Positions 24,522 to 32,992 of a DNA stretch of 64,000 bases are shown here, in pieces (positions within the stretch are counted from its first letter, which is position 1; each line of letters starts with the position of its first letter). The position numbers and the translations under genes were made by a program. The stretch lies in assembly GCF_988243305.1 (NCBI RefSeq), contig NZ_OZ547136.1; one strand, 5' to 3'. The notes beneath the pieces were generated by a model. It was not told the origin of the DNA. It did no database searches and was given only the letters and a program-made list of their open reading frames with translations.

Positions 24522-25479
24522 ATGACAAACTTCACAACCAGCACGCCGCATGACGCATTATTTAAATCCTTTCTCACGCACCCTGACACCGCGCGGGATT
24601 TTATGGAGATCCACTTACCCAAAGATTTACGTGAACTGTGCGATCTCGACAGCTTAAAACTGGAATCCGCAAGCTTCGTCGATGAAAAATTGCGGGCGCT
24701 ACACTCCGATATTCTGTGGTCGGTAAAGACCCGTGAAGGTGATGGTTATATTTACGTAGTGATTGAACATCAGAGCCGCGAGGATATCCATATGGCCTTT
24801 CGCCTGATGCGATATTCCATGGCGGTGATGCAGCGCCATATCGAGCATGATAAACGCCGGCCGCTACCGCTGGTCATCCCGATGCTGTTTTATCACGGTA
24901 GCCGTAGTCCTTATCCCTGGTCTTTGTGCTGGCTGGACGAATTTGCCGACCCGACTACTGCACGGAAGCTTTATACTGCAGCGTTCCCGCTGGTGGATGT
25001 CACTGTCGTGCCGGACGACGAGATTGTGCAGCACCGCAAAGTCGCCCTGTTGGAGTTGATCCAAAAGCATATTCGCCAGCGCGATCTAATGGGACTTACT
25101 TGATCAACTGGCAGTATTACTGGTTACAGGGTGCGCTAATGACAGCCAGATAACCGCGCTGTTAAATTACATTTTACTGACTGGCGATGAAGCGCGTTTT
25201 AAAGAGTTTATCAGCGAACTAACCAGTCGAATGCCACAACAAAGGGAGCGAATAATGACGATTGCAGAGCGAATTCATAATGATGGATGGCTGTTGGGAA
25301 GGGAGAGGGGGAGGAAAGAAGGGAAAGTAGAAGGGGAACGGAGCCTCCTCCGATTGTTGTTGCAGAATGGGGCCGATCCTGAATGGATACAACGATATAC
25401 CGGACTTTCGGCAGAGCAAATGCAGGCATTAGATCAGCCCTTGCCTGAAAGCAAGCGTGATCCATGGATCGAGTACTAA
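24522..25479 (+). pseudogene. rpnD: Rpn-family recombination-promoting nuclease, frameshifted (equivalent of yjiP/yjiQ)
   Basis: N-terminal part in frame 24522..25103 ([29 protein letters not shown]...), C-terminal part continues in another frame to 25479 (...[37 protein letters not shown]...[11 protein letters not shown]...); frame change localised to about 25084-25103. Confidence 0.75.
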
Positions 25480-25578
25480 TCAGAGACGGATGACAAACGC
25501 AAAGCAGCCTGGTGCGCTACGCTTATCAAGTCTACATAACCCATTAAATATATTGAACTTTAAAGATTTTGTAGACCT

Positions 25579-25637
25579 GGTAAGGCGTTCACGCCGCATC
25601 CGGCATGAACGAAGCGCATTTTGCCTAAGCCATGCCG
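25579..25637. repeat. REP-like extragenic palindromic element
   Basis: ggcgttcacgccgcatccggca...gccatgccgg motif between rpnD and yjiR. Confidence 0.5.
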
Positions 25638-25721
25638 GAACGTGGCGATGTCGCTATAAAGATAAAACGAGTTACAGGCGATTCGTGAGAGTAAATCAGG
25701 GGGCTCGGCACTAATTCGAAT

Positions 25722-27134
25722 TTATTCCATTGCCCGATACACGGCCTCGCCAATTTGCTTCAGTGCTTCGCGATAGGTTTCGCTGAGCGGCAAAGCGCAG
25801 TTGATGCGCAGACAATTACGGTATTTGCCGGAAGCTGAGAAAATCGAGCCTGCCGCCACCTGGATTTTCATGCGGTACAGCTGCCGCGCGACGCAGACCA
25901 TATCGACCTGTTCAGGCAATTCTATCCACAGTAAAAATCCGCCTTTCGGGCGCGTAATACAGATTTCGCAGGGAAAATATTCCCGTATCCAGCAGGTATA
26001 AAGCGCCAAATTGCGCTGATAGATCTGCCGCATCCGCCGGATATGGCGATGATAGTGACCTTCCAGCACAAACGTTGCCGCCGCCATTTGCGTGGACGGT
26101 ACATTAAAGCTGCTGATGGCGTATTTCATATGCATCAGTTTATCGTGATAACGCCCCGGTGCGACCCAACCCACGCGCAGGCCAGGTGCAATACTTTTAC
26201 TGAATGAGCTGCACAACAGCACTCGCCCGTCGATATCCCAGGAATGAATGGTCCGCGGGCGCGGATACTCCGTTGCCAGTTCGCCGTAGACATCATCTTC
26301 AAAAATCACAATATCATGACGCTGAGCGAGAGAGAGAACGGCCCGTTTGCGCGCGTCCGGCATAATAAATCCCAGCGGATTATTACAGTTTGGCACCAGA
26401 ATGATGCCTTTAATCGGCCACTGTTCCAGCGCCAGTTCCAGCGCTTCAACGCTGATGCCTGTTTCTGGATCGGTTGGGATTTCAATCACTTTCACGCCCA
26501 TGCCACGCAGCATCTGCATCGAACCGTAATAACAGGGGGATTCGACCGCGACAATATCGCCCGGTTTACACACCGCCATTAACGCCAGCGACATCGAGTT
26601 ATGGCAGCCGCTGGTGATGATGATGTCATCGGCAGTGACCACCGAGCCGCTGTCGAGCATCAGGCGGGCAATCTGCTCTCGCAACACTCGCTGACCGGCT
26701 AACAAGTCATAACCGAGAACGGTTTGCAGATTATGCTGCACCACCCGGCTTAGCTCCCGCCACAGCGGTTTCAGGCTGGGCGTTTCGACATCCGGCGTGC
26801 TTTTACTTAACGGAACAATGGAACTGTCGCTATGCGCCTCCAGCATATCCAGCACCTGATCCCACTGGGTAATTTCCACCGGGCGCTGCACCGGACGCGT
26901 CATCGGCGGCACTGGCGGCTGGGCTTTACGTTGTGCGACAAAATAACCCGAACGCGGCTGTGGGGTGATGAGCTTCATCGTCTCCAGCGTCTGATACGCC
27001 TGCTGCACGGTGCTGATGCTGACGCCGTGCTCCTGACTTAAGCTGCGCACCGACGGCAATTTCTCCCCGTGACGATACAGCCCCTGCTCAATCCGCTCGG
27101 CAAGCAGAGTCGCCAGATGTTGATAACGCGTCAT
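25722..27134 (-). CDS. yjiR: MocR-type regulator (GntR HTH fused to PLP-dependent aminotransferase domain)
   Basis: 470-aa ORF; N-terminal GntR HTH (YRHGEKLPSVRSLSQEHGVSISTVQQAY), C-terminal class-I aminotransferase fold. Confidence 0.85.
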   Translation of the reverse strand: MTRYQHLATLLAERIEQGLYRHGEKLPSVRSLSQEHGVSISTVQQAYQTLETMKLITPQPRSGYFVAQRKAQPPVPPMTRPVQRPVEITQWDQVLDMLEAHSDSSIVPLSKSTPDVETPSLKPLWRELSRVVQHNLQTVLGYDLLAGQRVLREQIARLMLDSGSVVTADDIIITSGCHNSMSLALMAVCKPGDIVAVESPCYYGSMQMLRGMGVKVIEIPTDPETGISVEALELALEQWPIKGIILVPNCNNPLGFIMPDARKRAVLSLAQRHDIVIFEDDVYGELATEYPRPRTIHSWDIDGRVLLCSSFSKSIAPGLRVGWVAPGRYHDKLMHMKYAISSFNVPSTQMAAATFVLEGHYHRHIRRMRQIYQRNLALYTCWIREYFPCEICITRPKGGFLLWIELPEQVDMVCVARQLYRMKIQVAAGSIFSASGKYRNCLRINCALPLSETYREALKQIGEAVYRAME

Positions 27135-27310
27135 GCTGTATTCCTTATGTGGACCATACAGAGAGAAAAACCGGTACAGATGAGGCTAAAAAACCGGATG
27201 CAGATGCTGTTTTAACCTGTCTGTATGTTAAATAAAACTAATATTTGCATCTGTATTGTGAACTGCCAGAAGACGGATGATGAAGCCTCTGAAAGATGAG
27301 GAGGCAGCAG

Positions 27311-27475
27311 ATGGAATTTCACGAAAACAAAGCCAAAACGCCGTTTATCAGACTTGTGCAACTCTGGCAGGCGGTGAGGCGTTGGCGGCGGCAAATGCAG
27401 GCCCGGCGGGTGTTACAGCAGATGAGTGATGAGCGGTTGAGGGATATTGGGTTACGCAGGGAGGATGTGGAGTGA
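27311..27475 (+). CDS. yjiS: DUF1127 small protein YjiS
   Basis: 54-aa ORF MEFHENKAKTPFIRLVQLWQAVRRWRRQMQARRVLQQMSDERLRDIGLRREDVE with a GAGGAGG Shine-Dalgarno 8 nt upstream; below the 60-aa cut-off of the ORF track, found by reading the sequence. Confidence 0.7.
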   Translation: MEFHENKAKTPFIRLVQLWQAVRRWRRQMQARRVLQQMSDERLRDIGLRREDVE

Positions 27476-27550
27476 TAGAGGATGTTGAGAATAAATCAGG
27501 ATATTAACTTTTTATATGTACCCAGGAAGAAACCAGGGTACATATAGATA

Positions 27551-28264
27551 TTAGTTGAATTTAATATCAGCAATCAATTTTTTGATATAATCTTCTGGTT
27601 TCATCTTTGTTTTTTCTTTTATTTGCTGATAAGTTTCTTTCTTAATGTTGATTTCAATTGTTTTATTTTTATTGATAATGCACGCAATTGGTAATAGTAG
27701 CAATAATGTAATAATTATAATTATAAGAATTATTTTTGAATTTCCATGTGAGTCCGATTCCTTCATTTTTTGGAATATTCTTCTCATGACTGGATTAACT
27801 GCTGAAGAAAACATAATCATAATGATAAAAACAGCCAAAAAATCTAATGTATATTTTGCGTAGTAACTTTCAGTATTCATCTCAAAAAACAGCAACCACG
27901 CCAGAGCACAAAACAATGTCATGCCAAAACATATAAATGAAATAATAAAGCCAATTTGTTGCGTTCTTTTATCTAGTTCAGAGAGAAATTTCTCACCAAC
28001 TCTTTGACCTTTATAAGGTGAAATAAGTGTGTGGGCGGCATTGAAAAATACATTTGTGCAAATCAAAACAAAGAATATATTGATTGGCATAAATCCTATA
28101 AGTGTATAAAAGAAGAAGTCTTGTTGAAGATAGTACGGTAATTGATTATCAACTTCCATTAACAATGTAAATATAAAACCGAAAGAAACATAAAAAAACA
28201 AACCTTCTTCACGTAATTTTTTAATGTATTTTTTGAATTTAAAATCTTTAATCATCTTCAGCAT
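27551..28264 (-). CDS. Uncharacterised AT-rich multi-pass membrane protein immediately downstream of hsdR
   Basis: 237-aa ORF with four to five hydrophobic segments; very AT-rich codon usage unlike the core genes; same strand as the hsdMSR operon, 64 nt after the hsdR stop. Confidence 0.6.
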   Translation of the reverse strand: MLKMIKDFKFKKYIKKLREEGLFFYVSFGFIFTLLMEVDNQLPYYLQQDFFFYTLIGFMPINIFFVLICTNVFFNAAHTLISPYKGQRVGEKFLSELDKRTQQIGFIISFICFGMTLFCALAWLLFFEMNTESYYAKYTLDFLAVFIIMIMFSSAVNPVMRRIFQKMKESDSHGNSKIILIIIIITLLLLLPIACIINKNKTIEINIKKETYQQIKEKTKMKPEDYIKKLIADIKFN

Positions 28265-28328
28265 AGCTATTCCTAATTGTAAACAATATGGCCGGGGTAG
28301 AAAGTGCGACCCCGGCTATCAACGTGTT

Positions 28329-31300
28329 TTATGTTGGCAAAGCAATTTTCCCCGTGAGCATATCAAACATCAGATAAGCAAAGCCCTTTGCCCGAACTGG
28401 ATCGGATAAATATTGCAACATAAATTCTTGCCGAGCGTCATTACTGTCCATTACAGCATTATCAACTGCCTGGAGGAAATCACCAAGAATCGCTTGTTCT
28501 GGCGGATTGTTTTTAATTTGTGTCATAACATTTTCATTTTCAGTTATTTTGTTATACACCGAAAAAGCATTGCTGATCATATCTTTCTCGGTCAAATGGT
28601 CGCTAATGAATAATTCATTCATCCGAGAAAGCACCTGCGATAAAAATTCCTCTTTTTTATCTTTCGCTTTTGCCGTACCAATATCATTACTTGCATCCAG
28701 CGTATAGTCAGGCGTTTCTTCCTGTAAACGTAAATCTTGCTCATGGATTTTCGATAAACGATAGTGACTCATCTCTACATTACTGAGATCAATTTCATCC
28801 TCTTCCAGACGTTGCTCATGCAGCAGCGGACGCAGATGACGGGCAAACAGGCTTAGCTTTTCCAGATCTTTGTCATCGTATTCGACGATCTGCGACATAA
28901 ATTCGTAAAAGCGAACAAAGCTGCCGAGATCTTTTTTGAATATTTCCAGACGATCTTTTTCCTGCTTACAGGCTTTAAAACTGTTTTCCGCATTAGTGAT
29001 TAACACCGTATCGCCCGTTTTTTTGGTGCGCTCGAACATCTCTTTGGCGGTCAGATAAGCGTCTATCGCCATCAGATAACGCTTTTTCCAGCGTTCTACC
29101 GCCGGTTTGCATATATTACTGATCGCTGCATTCGATTTATTTTTGATGAAGAATGCCTCGCAGAACTGCTCGACTTCATGCCACTGAAAGATCTGCGTGG
29201 CGCGCAGTTTTTCAAACAGATCGAAAACCTGCTGCGGATCGCTGACATCGGTCAGTTCCGCCGTCTGGAAATAGGGCTGGAACGCGCCGAGGATCTCGTC
29301 CGGATCGTTATAAAAATCGAGAACAAAAGTGCCTGATTCCGCTTTGCCCGGATAGGTGCGATTCAGGCGGGAGAGCGTCTGCACGCACTCGACGCCGCCG
29401 AGGGCTTTATCCACGTACATCGCGCACAGTTTCGGCTGGTCAAAACCGGTCTGGAATTTATTGGCGACCAACATGACCTGATAATCATCGCTGTCGAAGG
29501 CTTTGCGCATATCCCGCCCTTTCAGGCCGGGGTTCATGTTTATTTCAGTAAATTTCTGGTTTAACAATGCCAGGCTGTTATGGTCGCCTTCCTGGAATTC
29601 AACTTCCCCGGAAAACGCCACCATCGCGCTGATTTTCTGGTAATTGTTCTCGCTAATGTATTTATCAAACGCCAGCTTGTAGCGTACAGCGGCTTTGCGT
29701 GAACTGGTGACCACCATCGCTTTAGCCTGGCCGCCAAGCAGGTGCATCACATGTTTGCGGAAGTGCTCCACAATCACCTTCACCTTCTGCGAGATATTGT
29801 GGTCGTGCAGTGTCACCCACTGGTTGAGCTTAATCTTCGCCCGTTTGCTATCGACTTCGCGGTCTTTGTCTTCCAGCTTTTGCAGCAACTGATACGCCAC
29901 TTTGTAGTTGGTGTAGTTTTTCAGCACGTCGAGGATAAAGCCTTCTTCGATTGCCTGGCGCATGGAGTAGACGTGGAAGGCCTCAGGTTTATTGGTTTTT
30001 GACGCCGGTTCATCGGGACGTGGACGGCGACCAAAAAGTTCGAGGGTTTTGGATTTTGGCGTGGCGGTAAAGGCGTAGTAGTTCAGGTTACTGCTGCCTT
30101 TCCGGGCGGCAATGGTCGCATCCAGAATATCTTCTGACGACAGCACCACGTCATTATCCATTTCTTCGCTCATCAGCACTTCTTTAAGCTGACGGGCGGT
30201 GGAACCGCTCTGCGAGGAGTGCGCTTCGTCGGCAATCACCGCATATTTACGCTGCTTCAGGCTGACGCTGTTTTCGATTGCTTTCAGTACGAATGGGAAC
30301 GTCTGGATGGTGACAATAATGATCGGCTGCGAGTTTTCCAGCGCGCTGGCCAGCTTTTCCGATTTGGAGCCGTCGCCCTCTTTGTTATTGATGCGCCCGA
30401 CCACGCCGTCGGCGTGTTCGAACTGCCAGATGGTGTCCTGAAGCTGGTCGTCCAGCACCGTGCGGTCCGTCACCACGATAATGGAGTGGAACTGTTTTTC
30501 CCCGTTCACGTCGTACAGACGAGAAAGCTGGTGGGCGGTCCAGGCAATGGAGTTCGATTTACCGGAACCGGCGCTGTGCTGGATCAGGTATTTATGGCCG
30601 GTTCCTTCAATCGTCGCGGCCTCCAGCAGTTTGTTGACCACATCCCACTGATGATAACGCGGGAAAATCAGGCTCTCTTTCTTCGCTTTCAGCCCGTTCC
30701 ACTCCTCTTTTTCTTCAATATGCAAATGGACAAAACTGGCGAGGATTTTTAATAAGTTGTCCGGCAGCAGCACTTCATTCCACAGATAATCTGTGGCGTA
30801 GCGGTGGGTATCTTCGGGGATCTCGTTGCCTGCGCCGCCGTCTTTGGTGCCTTTGTTAAACGGCAGGAAGAAGGTGCTGTCACCCGCGAGTTTGGTGGTC
30901 ATAAAGACGTCATACTGGCTGACGGCAAAATGCACCAGCGCGCCGCGCTTAAAGGTCAGCAGCGGTTCCGGTTTATTGGTGGCGGGATCTTTCGGCAGGC
31001 GGGTCTTTTTGTACTGCGCAATGGCGTTCTGCACCGCCTGTTTGAATTCGGATTTCAGCTCCAGCGTGGCAATTGGCAGGCCGTTGATAAACAGCACCAG
31101 GTCGATGCGCCATTTTTTGGCTTTCACGCCCGTTTCTGCAAAGACGCTATTTGAGGCATACGGGCTGTAGACCAGTTCCGGCACGATACGGCAGATATTC
31201 TGCTGATAGCGCGCCAGCGTTTCCGGGTTGAGATTATGTTCCGGTTTAAACTGACACAGCGAAAAACGGGCATTGCGGATTTTCAGTCCGTGGCGAAGTA

Positions 31301-31592
31301 CGCCGAGCGTACCCCAGGTGCGCGACTGGATGTCGGTGGCGTTGCTGTCGGCTTTTTTTAACTGCGCAACCAGCGCGTCGAGGAAATGGCGCTCGGTGTC
31401 GTTGGGGTAAACGCGGGCGAATTTCTCCCACTCCTGTGGTTGGGTGATTTGTACAAAGAGCAGGGCGTCTTGTGCGTATAGCGCACGTTCACGATCGTAG
31501 CCGTCGCCTTTGCCGACAATCCAGCCTTTTGCTGCCATCTGCGCGATGATGTCGTTTTGTAGGTTGACCTCTTTTGCAATGTCGTTGCTCAT
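28329..31592 (-). CDS. hsdR: Type I restriction enzyme R subunit
   Basis: 1087-aa ORF; N-terminal PD-(D/E)xK-type nuclease region (IDLVLFINGLPIATLELK), SF2 helicase Walker A (HSAGSGKSNS) and DEAH box (IADEAHSS); start overlaps hsdS stop (ATGA). Confidence 0.88.
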   Translation of the reverse strand: MSNDIAKEVNLQNDIIAQMAAKGWIVGKGDGYDRERALYAQDALLFVQITQPQEWEKFARVYPNDTERHFLDALVAQLKKADSNATDIQSRTWGTLGVLRHGLKIRNARFSLCQFKPEHNLNPETLARYQQNICRIVPELVYSPYASNSVFAETGVKAKKWRIDLVLFINGLPIATLELKSEFKQAVQNAIAQYKKTRLPKDPATNKPEPLLTFKRGALVHFAVSQYDVFMTTKLAGDSTFFLPFNKGTKDGGAGNEIPEDTHRYATDYLWNEVLLPDNLLKILASFVHLHIEEKEEWNGLKAKKESLIFPRYHQWDVVNKLLEAATIEGTGHKYLIQHSAGSGKSNSIAWTAHQLSRLYDVNGEKQFHSIIVVTDRTVLDDQLQDTIWQFEHADGVVGRINNKEGDGSKSEKLASALENSQPIIIVTIQTFPFVLKAIENSVSLKQRKYAVIADEAHSSQSGSTARQLKEVLMSEEMDNDVVLSSEDILDATIAARKGSSNLNYYAFTATPKSKTLELFGRRPRPDEPASKTNKPEAFHVYSMRQAIEEGFILDVLKNYTNYKVAYQLLQKLEDKDREVDSKRAKIKLNQWVTLHDHNISQKVKVIVEHFRKHVMHLLGGQAKAMVVTSSRKAAVRYKLAFDKYISENNYQKISAMVAFSGEVEFQEGDHNSLALLNQKFTEINMNPGLKGRDMRKAFDSDDYQVMLVANKFQTGFDQPKLCAMYVDKALGGVECVQTLSRLNRTYPGKAESGTFVLDFYNDPDEILGAFQPYFQTAELTDVSDPQQVFDLFEKLRATQIFQWHEVEQFCEAFFIKNKSNAAISNICKPAVERWKKRYLMAIDAYLTAKEMFERTKKTGDTVLITNAENSFKACKQEKDRLEIFKKDLGSFVRFYEFMSQIVEYDDKDLEKLSLFARHLRPLLHEQRLEEDEIDLSNVEMSHYRLSKIHEQDLRLQEETPDYTLDASNDIGTAKAKDKKEEFLSQVLSRMNELFISDHLTEKDMISNAFSVYNKITENENVMTQIKNNPPEQAILGDFLQAVDNAVMDSNDARQEFMLQYLSDPVRAKGFAYLMFDMLTGKIALPT

Positions 31593-32992
31593 GCGCTGGC
31601 CTCCGTGGGTGTTTCTGCTTTGGGGATGGGGGCGGTCCAGTTGCGTAGGTCGATTTTTCCGGTGACGGCAGCGGAGATAAGGGCGGTGCGGCGTTCCTGG
31701 ATTAGCATTATTGCTTGATTGGTTTTAAATATTATGAGATCAATTTGTGCGCATTTTTCATTCAAGGCGTTGACGATTGATTGTGCTTCACCCAATGGGG
31801 GAAATATAAACTTGGTTGTTTTAAAGTCACCTAATGAAACTCTTTTTCTTGTTCCCTCAATACTAATGTTATTAATGGTTTGTCGCCCAAAATTTGAGTT
31901 CAATAGATATGCTATGAAATGTGCATTGAAGGTTTTTTTATTAACTCTTACTCTCATAACATCTTGCGTTATGACAGCATCTGGTTCATTTTTAGGATAA
32001 ACGCACGCTTCTCCTGGGGGATCTCCGACTTTTGAAAAAATCACATCATTTGAGGATAATTTACATATTTCAAGCTGTTGGGCTTTTTGATGAGTAACAT
32101 ATACAGTACTTTTTCTGTTATAACCTGTCGCTTTTATATCTCGAATGTATACGACAGGTACCCCTTCTTCTTTCAATTCACTTGCTAGTAAATCACTTCC
32201 AAATGGCCCATTTACGAAGCATCCTTTAGTTTCATCACCAGTATTGGCTAATTTACTCTTAAACCAGTGGGAGGGTGCTTCGCCTAATCCTGTTAAACCA
32301 GAATCTTTCATCGGCACATCAGGATTTAGCCCTTTGGTCACCGCATGGCTAATCACTGCCTGACGTTTTTCTTTAAGTAGTTCAATGAGTTGTTGTTGTT
32401 TCTCGATCAGGTCATCGATTTTTGCTGTTTCATGATCAAGGAAAAGTGCAATCTTAGAAGATTCATCATTACGAGGTTTTGGGCATTGTATATCGCCTAA
32501 AAGTTCAAGGTTTAAACCGTCTCGTAAATCACCGCCAGCCATGTTACGTATATTCTGATAATTAGAAATGAGCCACCAAAATATATAGCGAGATTGATTC
32601 TTTTTATACAATACAATGGCCGCCATGGATTGGTTACAAGTGGTATTAATACCAAGTTGTGCAACCATACCTTTGGTTTTTCCCTGCCCAGCTAAAGCGA
32701 CAACAAGTGCCCCTTTTGGTATCCACTTGGCACTACTATTTTCAAGTGCAGCGTTAGATATATATGTGGATGGCTCGACTATATAACCTTGATTTACTGC
32801 TCCAGAACTAATCCAGGGAACTGTACCATTCTCCCAATAATCAATAACATTTTTGGAGGGAGTTCCTCCTGCAAAAATATTGGATAGCCACCTCAGCTTA
32901 GTTTTTTTCCAGTTTAGTGGTAATTCATTACACCACTCCATCCCAGAATCCCTATACTCCGGATACGCCTGATATTTATTTAACCCCGCCAT
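31589..32992 (-). CDS. hsdS: Type I restriction-modification specificity subunit (two target-recognition domains)
   Basis: 467-aa ORF between hsdM and hsdR with overlapping stop/start codons on both sides; two-TRD architecture with central and C-terminal conserved helices, as expected for HsdS. Confidence 0.8.
   Translation of the reverse strand: MAGLNKYQAYPEYRDSGMEWCNELPLNWKKTKLRWLSNIFAGGTPSKNVIDYWENGTVPWISSGAVNQGYIVEPSTYISNAALENSSAKWIPKGALVVALAGQGKTKGMVAQLGINTTCNQSMAAIVLYKKNQSRYIFWWLISNYQNIRNMAGGDLRDGLNLELLGDIQCPKPRNDESSKIALFLDHETAKIDDLIEKQQQLIELLKEKRQAVISHAVTKGLNPDVPMKDSGLTGLGEAPSHWFKSKLANTGDETKGCFVNGPFGSDLLASELKEEGVPVVYIRDIKATGYNRKSTVYVTHQKAQQLEICKLSSNDVIFSKVGDPPGEACVYPKNEPDAVITQDVMRVRVNKKTFNAHFIAYLLNSNFGRQTINNISIEGTRKRVSLGDFKTTKFIFPPLGEAQSIVNALNEKCAQIDLIIFKTNQAIMLIQERRTALISAAVTGKIDLRNWTAPIPKAETPTEASA

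Noticed and set aside
24313-24525. 70-aa ORF upstream of rpnD
   Set aside because: No ribosome-binding site and low-complexity translation; likely non-coding leader or promoter region.
27135-27310. Searched the yjiR-yjiS intergenic region and both island boundaries for integrase, transposase or tRNA attachment sites
   Set aside because: None recognised; the accessory blocks appear to be exchanged by recombination within flanking core genes rather than by an identifiable mobile element.
27212-27394. 60-aa minus-strand ORF overlapping yjiS
   Set aside because: Overlaps the better-supported yjiS frame, which has a strong ribosome-binding site and a known family; treated as spurious.
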